A stretch of DNA of 64,000 nucleotides from a virus (taxonomy: Duplodnaviria > Heunggongvirae > Uroviricota > Caudoviricetes): positions 12,364 to 76,363 of the IMG/VR virus record IMGVR_UViG_3300046786_000604, one strand, 5' to 3'. The notes beneath the pieces are model-generated. The model was given only the letters and a program-made list of their open reading frames with translations. It was not told where the DNA came from and searched no databases. The position numbers and the translations under genes were made by a program. Below are positions 34,919 through 46,232 of this stretch, in pieces. Position 1 is the stretch's first letter. Each line of letters begins with the position of its first letter.

Positions 34919-36257
34919 CGAATAGCCATTCAGTTATTAATTTACCATCTTCATAAATATCAAATAATTCATCTTTTTTTGTATCGTCGAGTAAATCACT
35001 GTAGTATTCACCATTTTCATCTTTAAATAATGTGACCAATCCTTTTTTACTTGACTTACCTTGGTCAGTAATTGGATCTTTGAATACACCAACCCATTCA
35101 CCATTGATATAAGCAGCTGAACATTTCATTGCCCATTTGTTGGTATCACGGTCTACTTTTTGTAGTAATGCACCGCCCATGCCAAATGCTACGTTATCTG
35201 CTGAAAAGCCAGCTTTAGTGATAGCTTCTAAGATATCACGGATAGAAGTCCAATTAATACCATCACCTTGTAATACTCTTACATGGTTAAGGACTTTATA
35301 ACCTTTATTATTGATATAGAATCCAAATTGTTCTTGCAGGATTTGTAAACATTGTAGAACTACGGTAGCTGGATCACCAGAATCTGGACGGATTACAAGT
35401 GTAGCGCCACTATCAATAATGTGTTGTCTTAGTTCTTTACCCCATAATGACCGACAAGCATTAAAAATATCATAGCTATCGGAAACTACAGCAACAACTG
35501 AACCTGGTTTGGCGAACTGTTTAAGCATGTTTCTGTATGCTTCAACTTCATTTTCTTTACCCCAGCTGGTAATAGTAGAATGTTCTGCAGCTGGAACACT
35601 ATAACCAGCCATATCAGCACCATAATACTTACGGGCAAACATAAGGGCCGCCAATGTATCAGTACCTTTGAAGTTAACAAGGTGTGATGCGCCACCGATT
35701 CCGGCAGATTCTAAACTAGATACACCACGAGCGCCAAAATCATGAAGCTTAAAGTCAATTGTACTTGGATCACCAGTTTTCTCTAAGTATTGCGTAATTA
35801 ATTGTTTAATGTACCAACTTTGTGTAGCAACAGTGGTTGGATACCAAATTGCTCTTAATAATGCAGTTTCAACCCAGGTTGTTAACCAATAGCATTGTGG
35901 ATCAGTATTAACAATTGTTGCTAATACATTTCTTACAGGAATGACTGAACCTTCTTTAGCCGCTCTAATTTTTAATGGCAAGTATCCTTTGTGTTTGTCC
36001 AAGATATACTGCCAACCTTCACGATTAAATGGTACACCATGGGCTTTACAAATAGCATCCGCTTCATCGATGTCTTCTTGGGTGATTGGTTTGGATAAGA
36101 ACTCCTTAATAAAGGCTTGTAAGCCGAACATAACGGTGTGGTCATATACCCCACCACGACTTTCGATATAGCTATAAACATATTCAGTCCCAGCTGGGTA
36201 CTGTTTGAACATTGAACATTTGTATGAATCAGTATTTAAGATAATTGATAATGACAT
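34884..36257 (-). CDS. nadV: nicotinamide phosphoribosyltransferase (Nampt/NadV)
   Basis: 457 aa; NTDSYKCSMFKQYP N-terminus and conserved Nampt blocks throughout; AAGGAG RBS. Confidence 0.8.
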   Translation of the reverse strand: MSLSIILNTDSYKCSMFKQYPAGTEYVYSYIESRGGVYDHTVMFGLQAFIKEFLSKPITQEDIDEADAICKAHGVPFNREGWQYILDKHKGYLPLKIRAAKEGSVIPVRNVLATIVNTDPQCYWLTTWVETALLRAIWYPTTVATQSWYIKQLITQYLEKTGDPSTIDFKLHDFGARGVSSLESAGIGGASHLVNFKGTDTLAALMFARKYYGADMAGYSVPAAEHSTITSWGKENEVEAYRNMLKQFAKPGSVVAVVSDSYDIFNACRSLWGKELRQHIIDSGATLVIRPDSGDPATVVLQCLQILQEQFGFYINNKGYKVLNHVRVLQGDGINWTSIRDILEAITKAGFSADNVAFGMGGALLQKVDRDTNKWAMKCSAAYINGEWVGVFKDPITDQGKSSKKGLVTLFKDENGEYYSDLLDDTKKDELFDIYEDGKLITEWLFDEIREQSNNHN

Positions 36258-36278
36258 AATTAAACTCCTTAATTAGTT

Positions 36279-36304
36279 AAAAAAGCCACCGTCTATCAGT
36301 GGCT
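36279..36304 (-). terminator. terminator-like hairpin + U-tract between the promoter and the nadV start (attenuator or operon terminator)
   Basis: Minus strand AGCCAC-tgatagac-GTGGCT then TTTTT; located +12 to +37 relative to the predicted TSS of promoter 36323..36350. Confidence 0.4.
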
Positions 36305-36322
36305 GTGTTGGTATTTACGTGT

Positions 36323-36350
36323 ATTATAACAATTGATTAAAAAATGTCAA
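36323..36350 (-). promoter_or_regulatory. sigma70-type promoter (TTGACA-16-TATAAT) upstream of nadV
   Basis: Minus strand TTGACAttttttaatcaattgtTATAAT. Confidence 0.55.
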
Positions 36351-36356
36351 GAACAA

Positions 36357-37319
36357 TTAGTCAGCATAATCATCATAATCATAATCATCATAATCATACT
36401 CGGCTTTTTCTTTATCTAATGCATTCGTCATAGCATCTATTAATACACGATAGGGTTCGTGATCATCGTTTTGGCTACCCTTACCACAGGTGGGTGTCCA
36501 TAATTTACGTGTATCCAATAGAAATCTATCCATTACACGACCTTTCAAATATTCAATAAAAAATTCAACAGCTTTATCTTCGGTATTTGCTTCCAATATT
36601 TTGATGAGTTCTGTCTTAGGAGAGAACAATGGTGATTTGTACTCCGATGCATCAAGATGAGATAACCATTCATTTGCAAAATTAAGTTCAGGTTGTCCTA
36701 ATTCATTTTTAGAAAATAAACTGATAAATGGGTCTATCCATTCTACATTTCGCATTATTGCTGGAACACTGTGGTCAGTTAATTCTTTATTCAATTTTAA
36801 ATTAGCTCGTCTGACAAATTCTGGAACATCGGATACAATGTCTGCAAATTTATATTTGACATCTGGTCTTTCATAGCCGATGTATTTCGTATAGACGGTA
36901 TTTTCCAATATATGATCAAAGATATCTTTATGGATCATTACACGTTCGACTTTGTGTTCTTTGTGATTGGTAATAAATAACCGGTCTTCATGACACGCAT
37001 CAAATAACTTTTCAACATCGAATGTATCTCGTTTAACTTCGATATCGTGATACTTGTTTTCACCAAGATCCATTTCAACTAATTTCTGTTTGATTCTATT
37101 CATAACGAAATTTAGTGCCGGACCATGACAACCCTCAGCGCCACCATAATCGTTATATTTTGCATAAAACGGAATTGGAAACAAACTATATAACGCATTG
37201 TTATAGCAAAAATCGGGTTCGTAATCTTTTACATTACGAGTTAAAAGAAATACTACCACTTCTTGTTTATCTTTGATGTGCAAATTACTAATTGCACAAG
37301 TCTCATGCCAACAGCCCAT
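36357..37319 (-). CDS. hypothetical protein with acidic DYDDYDYDDY C-terminal tail
   Basis: 320-aa ORF; C-terminus ...EYDYDDYDYDDYAD. Confidence 0.45.
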   Translation of the reverse strand: MGCWHETCAISNLHIKDKQEVVVFLLTRNVKDYEPDFCYNNALYSLFPIPFYAKYNDYGGAEGCHGPALNFVMNRIKQKLVEMDLGENKYHDIEVKRDTFDVEKLFDACHEDRLFITNHKEHKVERVMIHKDIFDHILENTVYTKYIGYERPDVKYKFADIVSDVPEFVRRANLKLNKELTDHSVPAIMRNVEWIDPFISLFSKNELGQPELNFANEWLSHLDASEYKSPLFSPKTELIKILEANTEDKAVEFFIEYLKGRVMDRFLLDTRKLWTPTCGKGSQNDDHEPYRVLIDAMTNALDKEKAEYDYDDYDYDDYAD

Positions 37320-37331
37320 ATAAATTCCCCT

Positions 37332-37574
37332 TTAAATAAATGTAATAACATCAGACCATCTGCGACCATCTTCTAATAGAAGAATGCAATTAGGGTCTTC
37401 ATCACCGCCAAAGATCATCAATGCTTGCCATAGATCGTAGTGTTCATCCCATCTTACTACCTGTGCCAAACAAGCTTCATCGTTATTTGGATATTTGATT
37501 TCATACCAATGACCATCTCTTGGTGCATTTTCGATAAAATCAACTTTTAATACTTCTTGATCATCTTCTGACAT
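37332..37574 (-). CDS. hypothetical protein
   Basis: 80-aa ORF. Confidence 0.4.
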   Translation of the reverse strand: MSEDDQEVLKVDFIENAPRDGHWYEIKYPNNDEACLAQVVRWDEHYDLWQALMIFGGDEDPNCILLLEDGRRWSDVITFI

Positions 37575-37710
37575 TTTTTGTCCTATAAGTTATATTTTGA
37601 ATATATGTAAAGTAGTGCTATCATTGAACCAATAATAGATCCAATAAAGCCTGAAAATCCCATTAGTTTACCACATAACAATGCTAATGTAAAGAGGATC
37701 ATTATTGTAA

Positions 37711-37902
37711 TTAAAAAAGCCATTTCTTCCATCCAGTAATACAAGTTCGTATTAACCATATAAATGGAAACCAGAGATACATACCTGGGCCAAATACATA
37801 ATCATACCATCTGTCTGGGCCATTTTTTCTACCCATATTTTTTATAAACCAAATCAGTCCAGTAATACCATAAACTACTAAACCAATAACCACGTAAATC
37901 AT
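37711..37902 (-). CDS. small membrane protein
   Basis: 63 aa, TM helix. Confidence 0.4.
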   Translation of the reverse strand: MIYVVIGLVVYGITGLIWFIKNMGRKNGPDRWYDYVFGPGMYLWFPFIWLIRTCITGWKKWLF

Positions 37903-38102
37903 TTATCTACCTTGAGGCATTTACCCCAATCATATTTTGGCAACTGTTCTTTAGCCGCTTGGTTGGCTGCTTCACATTTTTCCAATGATTTAAAACCATC
38001 AACTACTGCCGGACCACCAGTTGCGTTCTGAAGAATACCAGTTGATAGATATAAAAATAATACATAAGTTGTCATAATTAAATTCCTTATAAAAGTTGGC
38101 AT
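37899..38102 (-). CDS. small secreted/membrane protein with Cys pair
   Basis: Signal-like N-terminus; KCEAANQAAKEQLPKYDWGKC. Confidence 0.4.
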   Translation of the reverse strand: MPTFIRNLIMTTYVLFLYLSTGILQNATGGPAVVDGFKSLEKCEAANQAAKEQLPKYDWGKCLKVDK

Positions 38103-38377
38103 AAAACATCACAGCAATAGCTAGGCATTGGCCAACGATCTAATCTACCATTAGAATTAATTGTAGTAATTTCATCTTGGTATTGAACCAAAATATTATT
38201 GCAGTCTAATCTACCTTGGACAATTGCTAATCGAAAATAATCTAAAATCAATTCCTGACTATATACCAAATGTACATCTTTATCAGTATTATCCACAATG
38301 AATTGATCAACGAAATCGCAGATTTTACCTTCAGGTAGGGCTAATCCCTCCATCGAATCATATTCTAAAGTAATCAT
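38087..38377 (-). CDS. hypothetical protein
   Basis: 96-aa ORF. Confidence 0.4.
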   Translation of the reverse strand: MITLEYDSMEGLALPEGKICDFVDQFIVDNTDKDVHLVYSQELILDYFRLAIVQGRLDCNNILVQYQDEITTINSNGRLDRWPMPSYCCDVLCQLL

Positions 38378-38549
38378 ACATTAAACCTATCCATCAATGC
38401 AGTAATAACTGCTCCACAAAAATATCCATACATTGACCAGTGTGCTGGTTTAGTAATAACTTCGTATTCGTCTAATACATGACCAACTGTTGCATAAATA
38501 ACTACTAATCCGCCTATAATTAAATATTTCATGTTATTCTCCTGTTAGA

Positions 38550-39881
38550 TTACGCCAATTCTGGTATATATATGTTAATTTCTTCAAAATGAAACTTTTT
38601 CTTTGCAATTCCTTTTACCTCTAGTGATGATAAAAATCCATCACTACTATCTTTGTGTTCTATCAATGTTGCTTGTAAATCACAACCCGCGATATTTTTA
38701 AATGTGTAATCATCTAAATTTGCATCTGGGAACTTAATACTGATGTATTCACGAATTTCAGGATCAGTTAAGTATGGTAATTCCAATCTGACATCACATC
38801 GACCAGATCTTAACACAGCTGGATCGATTTTGTCAACATCATTGGTAGTCATGATGATAATATTTTCGTGTAAAGAAGAAACACCATCAATTGCATTTAA
38901 TACACCAGTCAAACTTAACATCTCATACTCACCCATTGGGTTATCGATGATCAGTTGTTTACCTGGATCAGATTTTTCTTCACCATTTGCTTTATCAACT
39001 GATTCCTGAACCCGTTGTCTTTTGGTAACTGCTTTCGATGAATCAAAATCTTCGATCAAAATAAATGAGCCTTTTTCTGATTTTGAAATAGCTGATTCAA
39101 GTGTTCTATCAGACATTGCATTGATATTGATAACGTAGATAGATCTATTGTAATGACTAGCCAATGCTTTTACCAGACTAGTTTTACCACAACCTGGGTT
39201 ACCATGTAACAGGATACCCAGTTTATATGGGATACCATTTTCAGTATACCATTGTTTATCAGCATAAAATTTTTCTATTGCAGCGGTTACGTTATTTTTG
39301 ACTGTTTTATTCAGTACAACTGATGATAATGGGCGTTTGTGAAGTTCAACACGATTTTCCCAACCTTTGCCATCCCAGTTATGAATGTAAATTGTATCGG
39401 TTGTTTTGTTTACTGGTTTGAATTCATCAACCAAATCATGAAATACAGTGTGGCTACGTCCATAAGTGGTAATCTTGATTTGTTTTCTAATTGTTTCGCC
39501 GGTATTTTCAATTTTACTCATGGTCATCCAATACAACCGTTTTTTGAAAAAGAAAAAATGATTACCGTAACTAGGACCGATTGCTAATGATGTGGCATCC
39601 CAGTTATGAGCCTGTACAAACATTGTTCTTGAGGTATTCTCATTTATATGTTTACCCGACCATGCCAGGAACGAAAAATATAAATGAAAATTAGCACCAG
39701 CATTATCTAATTCTAATGTAGTTGTACCCTGCTTATACAAAAAGTTAATAATAGTCCGAGGAATATTTTTAAGCATGTACGATAAAACTGCCAAGATCCA
39801 TGCACTTATTGCAGCAGCAACCATTTGGTTACCCGATGTCATTGAATTGATATAGGCAATTAATTCTTGAATATATGTCAT
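38550..39881 (-). CDS. membrane-anchored AAA+ ATPase, BCS1-like
   Basis: N-terminal TM helix; Walker A LLHGNPGCGKTSLVKALA, Walker B FILIEDFD; BCS1-type architecture. Confidence 0.65.
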   Translation of the reverse strand: MTYIQELIAYINSMTSGNQMVAAAISAWILAVLSYMLKNIPRTIINFLYKQGTTTLELDNAGANFHLYFSFLAWSGKHINENTSRTMFVQAHNWDATSLAIGPSYGNHFFFFKKRLYWMTMSKIENTGETIRKQIKITTYGRSHTVFHDLVDEFKPVNKTTDTIYIHNWDGKGWENRVELHKRPLSSVVLNKTVKNNVTAAIEKFYADKQWYTENGIPYKLGILLHGNPGCGKTSLVKALASHYNRSIYVININAMSDRTLESAISKSEKGSFILIEDFDSSKAVTKRQRVQESVDKANGEEKSDPGKQLIIDNPMGEYEMLSLTGVLNAIDGVSSLHENIIIMTTNDVDKIDPAVLRSGRCDVRLELPYLTDPEIREYISIKFPDANLDDYTFKNIAGCDLQATLIEHKDSSDGFLSSLEVKGIAKKKFHFEEINIYIPELA

Positions 39882-40357
39882 TTGTTTTCCACTATAATAA
39901 TTTCATTAAACCCTTCTTCAAGGGTTGGCAATTGTAATTGTGATTTCATTCTATCAATTACTTCAGGTTGTATGAATTTACCTGGTCGATTGGCTAATCT
40001 AATTGATAATTCTTCATCTGATGGGGTAGTAAAGAATACTGCAATTTTTTCATAATCATCTGATATGATTGATAATTTATCAGCACGAGATTTAACTGAT
40101 ACATTTGTTTGATCCCAAATTATATCTTTGTTATCCTCTATGTGAAAATCTAGATCTAAGAACATGATCTTAGTTGCAATTTGCACATACTTAGCCCATA
40201 CATCAGAATATGTTTTTCCTAACCGTTTAGCATATTCTTCAACTCGATCATCTGAGCTGATGATAACTGTGTTATTCCAGTCAATCTCTTGATTAATTAT
40301 CCAAGTAGATTTTCCAGAACCTGGAATCCCGATGAGCATATAGAATTTTTTTTTCAT
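39878..40357 (-). CDS. P-loop kinase, polynucleotide kinase (T4 Pnk kinase-domain)-like
   Basis: MLIGIPGSGKSTWI...ISSDD...FTTPSDEELSIRLANR; no phosphatase domain. Confidence 0.55.
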   Translation of the reverse strand: MKKKFYMLIGIPGSGKSTWIINQEIDWNNTVIISSDDRVEEYAKRLGKTYSDVWAKYVQIATKIMFLDLDFHIEDNKDIIWDQTNVSVKSRADKLSIISDDYEKIAVFFTTPSDEELSIRLANRPGKFIQPEVIDRMKSQLQLPTLEEGFNEIIIVENK

Positions 40358-40461
40358 AATCGTTTTTCAATTTGATAACTAACTGTTGCTACAATAATTG
40401 CTGCAAATAAAAATGAAAGCCAAAACATGTTATTTCCTGTATGTTGTTTAAATATGTGCTT

Positions 40462-40485
40462 ATTATAGCAGATTATATAAAACTG

Positions 40486-40489
<4 letters not shown>
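40462..40489 (-). promoter_or_regulatory. sigma70-type promoter (TTGACA-16-TATAAT)
   Basis: Minus strand TTGACAgttttatataatctgcTATAAT. Confidence 0.5.
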
Positions 40490-42345
<1,856 letters not shown>

Positions 42346-42349
42346 TGTT

Positions 42350-42643
42350 TTAACTCCAATAATTATACACGTAATTTCGTAATTCTACAAGCTTTTTATT
42401 TGTCAGATCTTTAAGATTTACTCTACGTATATAACGATCCTTAATAGATGAATCATTATTAAATTTTGTAAAGGTCTTGTTAAAACGTACCATTCGGTTA
42501 TTTTTCCATAGAATTGTTTCAGTTATCTGCATTCTTCCATTAAAAAATTTGTCAGTACGTTTCATTCGTACTAGCTTATTTGTATTGTTAGACCATTTAT
42601 CAATTATAAGATCTCTATTAGTAGAACATCGTTGTGTATGCAT
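42350..42643 (-). CDS. hypothetical basic protein
   Basis: 97-aa Lys/Arg/Asn-rich ORF. Confidence 0.4.
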   Translation of the reverse strand: MHTQRCSTNRDLIIDKWSNNTNKLVRMKRTDKFFNGRMQITETILWKNNRMVRFNKTFTKFNNDSSIKDRYIRRVNLKDLTNKKLVELRNYVYNYWS

Positions 42644-42644
42644 G

Positions 42645-42953
42645 TTATCCCCATTCTTCTAGTTCGTTATTAACTTGTCTAATGAACTTTAAATTAGAAA
42701 AATCAACAACTCCATTATTCCGAATAATTTCAAATGCACTACCAAATCTTACAAGTACGGATTGAGATTGTGGTTCATTTACTTTTGGTTGATAGATAGG
42801 TTCATTTGCGTATAATACCGCAGCATCCCAATCCCAAAACGATTTTCTATTTTTTGTAACAAATGTTCTGGAGGTTTTACGTTTAAAATTAGAATCGTAT
42901 ACTGTTGAGGTTACGATTTTAATACCCAATTGCTTAGCAAGTGTTTTGTTCAT
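42645..42953 (-). CDS. hypothetical protein
   Basis: 102-aa ORF. Confidence 0.4.
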   Translation of the reverse strand: MNKTLAKQLGIKIVTSTVYDSNFKRKTSRTFVTKNRKSFWDWDAAVLYANEPIYQPKVNEPQSQSVLVRFGSAFEIIRNNGVVDFSNLKFIRQVNNELEEWG

Positions 42954-43398
42954 TATTGTCCCCTAACCATTCTTTAAATTCCTTTAAATCTTCTGGTGAT
43001 AATTTTCGATAACCGTATAACGCTGGTTTCGAATAAGTAGAATCAAGTGGTTCATATTTATAACAAATCATATCGCGATGCAAGTTCATGTCCACTACTT
43101 TAACCCATTCGCCAAAATGTGTTTCGATATTACCTAATGTATTCCAATAAGGTGCAACATATGTATTATGCATTTTCTCCATGATTGATTTAGTGTATTC
43201 GATATGTTCTCGTATACACTTAATAGAAGCTTCTTTGTAATCATCGGGATGTTCAGAAGCCATCATATCTAAAATCAACGAATTATCATTTGCAATAATT
43301 CGTTGCATTGCATACATCAGCGATTCTGCTTCGTTATCATCTAAGATAAAATCAAAATGTACTGCCATTAGTTGTTCTCCACAAAGAATGCATGACAA
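42934..43398 (-). CDS. hypothetical protein
   Basis: 154-aa ORF. Confidence 0.4.
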   Translation of the reverse strand: MSCILCGEQLMAVHFDFILDDNEAESLMYAMQRIIANDNSLILDMMASEHPDDYKEASIKCIREHIEYTKSIMEKMHNTYVAPYWNTLGNIETHFGEWVKVVDMNLHRDMICYKYEPLDSTYSKPALYGYRKLSPEDLKEFKEWLGDNNEQNTC

Positions 43399-43435
43399 AG
43401 TGCCGCCGCTACTAAAACTATCACAAAGAATTCAA

Positions 43436-44350
43436 TCATTTATTATTCCAGGTTTGTGAAAGTTCGTACAATTGTAACGCCATTTCCTCAATATTGTCAA
43501 GCATTGTTAATTTATTACGCCAGTCTGTTGGAATACCATCGATACCATAATATGCACCGGCTAATTGTCCACAAATTGCAGCAGTGGTATCAGCGTCATC
43601 GCCAAGATTGGCAGCTTTTAAGATTGCATCTCTAAAGTTATCAGTAGTATAAAAACACCATAATGCTGCTTCTAATGATTCAACTACATACCCAGACCCT
43701 TTGATATCATCTACAGTCTTATCAAAATAACTGCCTTTGGCAATTTCAACAATTTTTGGATGACCAGTAAAATTAAGCTGGTTTTGAATGATGTCATGTT
43801 TTGATTCACCTTTTAACGCATCTGCAATCATTCTTGAATACAACCTACAGGCATCAATTGATTCTGATACATTATGAGTATATTCTGAATTAATGATGGA
43901 TAAATCATCGAGTTCATTGGTATCAAGATATGCCAGCATTGGAATTGGTGCCAATCTCATTAATGCACCATTTCCAGCAGACCATCCATCTGTACCACCC
44001 GAACAGGTATCACCAGTTTGTTGGTATCGTTTTAATGCTTGTTTAGTGGTGTTGCCAATATCAAAACAACGTCCATTACTAGACATATACCCATTATCCA
44101 TCCAATCACAAAACTTGTTCATGATATCGTCTGATTGGATACCTTGGTGTTCAATAATACTAGCGGCTAAGCATAATGCCATTGAAGTGTCATCAGTCCA
44201 TTGACCTATTTGTAGACAGAACGGTCCTCCGCCTACCATATCGGTTAGCGGAGTAAATTCTCCACGTTCTTTGAACTCAACTGTAGTACCAACTGCATCA
44301 CCAGCTGCTAATCCCACTAGACATCCTAGAAATCTATTTTGGATCTTCAT
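43436..44350 (-). CDS. ADP-ribosylglycohydrolase (ARH/DraG family)
   Basis: MKIQNRFLGCLVGLAAGDAVGTTVEF...GQWTDDTSMALCLA; ARH family signatures; start set at the internal Met. Confidence 0.7.
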   Translation of the reverse strand: MKIQNRFLGCLVGLAAGDAVGTTVEFKERGEFTPLTDMVGGGPFCLQIGQWTDDTSMALCLAASIIEHQGIQSDDIMNKFCDWMDNGYMSSNGRCFDIGNTTKQALKRYQQTGDTCSGGTDGWSAGNGALMRLAPIPMLAYLDTNELDDLSIINSEYTHNVSESIDACRLYSRMIADALKGESKHDIIQNQLNFTGHPKIVEIAKGSYFDKTVDDIKGSGYVVESLEAALWCFYTTDNFRDAILKAANLGDDADTTAAICGQLAGAYYGIDGIPTDWRNKLTMLDNIEEMALQLYELSQTWNNK

Positions 44351-44651
44351 TTTTGGTATTTTCCTTAATAATGTTATGAATTGCGGTAGCATGTTCGTCA
44401 AGTTTTTGGCGTAGTTCTTTATCACCGATCCAATCGATTTTCTTTCTCAGTTTATCGAGATGCTTGAAAAGTTTTTCTTCTAAATGTTTATCAATTTTTT
44501 TAGCCATCATAATTGTCTCTTTTGTTGGTCCAGCCATTACACCACCTTGAAAGTCCAGTGTTTCGGCATCTGTAAGTCTTTTAGCAAATACATTGCGACT
44601 TGATTCGCAATATTCTAGCATTGTTTTGTGTATATCAGTTGAATCGTTCAT
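44334..44651 (-). CDS. hypothetical protein
   Basis: 105-aa ORF. Confidence 0.4.
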   Translation of the reverse strand: MNDSTDIHKTMLEYCESSRNVFAKRLTDAETLDFQGGVMAGPTKETIMMAKKIDKHLEEKLFKHLDKLRKKIDWIGDKELRQKLDEHATAIHNIIKENTKNEDPK

Positions 44652-45024
44652 GATTTTCTTCTTTCAATGCAAGCCATGTTTCGTATTCTGGGGTATATAT
44701 CAATTGTTTATTTTCGAGAATAGTTCTACGTTCTTGATCGGTTTTAGCTAACCAGCAGTTTACTATATCATGACTACCCCATGCTTCGGTTGGCATTTCG
44801 AATTCGATCCATTTAGCCGCGCATTTAAGGTGTTCAATTCTGTTTGCTACATGACTGCATAACATTGCTTGTATAAAGTCATTTTCAAAAATTGCTCTCC
44901 AAAAACTACCAGGCTCAAGCCCGTACACTAGATAATTGTATAACGGGTGTAGGTTTTCACCGCTCACGCCAGAATGTCTAAATGATTGAAGTAATCGTTC
45001 TTTACTATGATTTGATAGTTTCAT
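44635..45024 (-). CDS. hypothetical protein
   Basis: 129-aa ORF. Confidence 0.4.
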   Translation of the reverse strand: MKLSNHSKERLLQSFRHSGVSGENLHPLYNYLVYGLEPGSFWRAIFENDFIQAMLCSHVANRIEHLKCAAKWIEFEMPTEAWGSHDIVNCWLAKTDQERRTILENKQLIYTPEYETWLALKEENHERFN

Positions 45025-45333
45025 TATTTCTTCTTTTTAGGTTTGCTACCACGATATACTCTAGAAAATTCTTCTTGTGCTTTGAGATATTCTTCTGTAG
45101 ATTTCTTCTCAGCTTTTTTACAATTAAGCAATGCTCGTTTAATATGACTCATTGATTATACCGGAATGGCATTAATTGATGATTTAACAATGGTTAGCAA
45201 CGCCGCATATGGAGCCATGAATTTCCGTTTACCAGCTACAGCTTGGTCTACTGATGAAAATGGACCGGCAACTATTTGTTCTCCTTTTACTAGATAATAT
45301 GCATTATATACCATCATTATATTCCCGAAAGTG

Positions 45334-45741
45334 TTAGTCTAATAAAAAAAAGTAAGTGGTAACATTATTTTCAATATATTTGGTATATTCTGGTAAAAAC
45401 ACCGTTTCATTTTCTGTTTCATCATACACAGCATCTTGGCAAACTTCATACGGATCTGTTGTAATAGACACCATATATTCATTACCAGTTTTAGTAATAA
45501 GTAACTCATCATCTTCACAAATGGCAAATGAACCGGTGTCAGTTGGATCAGATGGATAAACAAACTGGAATTCGATTGATCTAATAAATCCAGGAGTTAA
45601 ATCTACTGTAAAAGTTCCATCACATGTTCTCGTATCATCATCGAATGGAAAATTCATATTACTATATTTTGTACCAATTATACTACCAGTTCTAGTAGTG
45701 TTAATAATATTGACCAAATCGTCAAATGTTAATGTTTGCAT
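45334..45741 (-). CDS. hypothetical protein
   Basis: Start set at MQTLTFDDL. Confidence 0.4.
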   Translation of the reverse strand: MQTLTFDDLVNIINTTRTGSIIGTKYSNMNFPFDDDTRTCDGTFTVDLTPGFIRSIEFQFVYPSDPTDTGSFAICEDDELLITKTGNEYMVSITTDPYEVCQDAVYDETENETVFLPEYTKYIENNVTTYFFLLD

Positions 45742-45745
45742 TATT

Positions 45746-45973
45746 TTAATCCTGAAAGTTTTCAATATTATCGGAAGCCAAATCCATTAAACCTGAGTCA
45801 TAGCGAATATGAATAGCAAAGTCATGAGCATCGACTGGTTCTACACCTTTTGCGATTGCCCATCCAAGTGTAAGACTAAACCAATCCTGCGAATCAGAAC
45901 CATCAATTTCACCTGCGCGGTCAACGACTTCTATCTTAAATTGTTCAACTAATTTTTCATCAATTGTGTTCAT
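45746..45973 (-). CDS. hypothetical protein
   Basis: TAATG-coupled. Confidence 0.4.
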   Translation of the reverse strand: MNTIDEKLVEQFKIEVVDRAGEIDGSDSQDWFSLTLGWAIAKGVEPVDAHDFAIHIRYDSGLMDLASDNIENFQD

Positions 45974-46215
45974 TACCATTCCTCTTCGTTAATAAGTATT
46001 GCTTCATCCCACAAGTTTGCATCTGCTTGGTCCGATGTAATATCGTACAGTTCGGCAGGTGTGCCAATTTGAACGCAGGTTTTAACAATTGCTTCGGGCC
46101 AGTTACATATGCCATTTCGTAGCAGTTGTCTTTCATTAGTTGTTAAATCTATACGAAAAACATACATTTCATATGTCTCATATATCACATATACTTGAAT
46201 TTTGTATTTGCTCAT
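45973..46215 (-). CDS. hypothetical protein
   Basis: 80-aa ORF. Confidence 0.4.
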   Translation of the reverse strand: MSKYKIQVYVIYETYEMYVFRIDLTTNERQLLRNGICNWPEAIVKTCVQIGTPAELYDITSDQADANLWDEAILINEEEW

Positions 46216-46232
46216 TATGTTATTCCCAAAAG

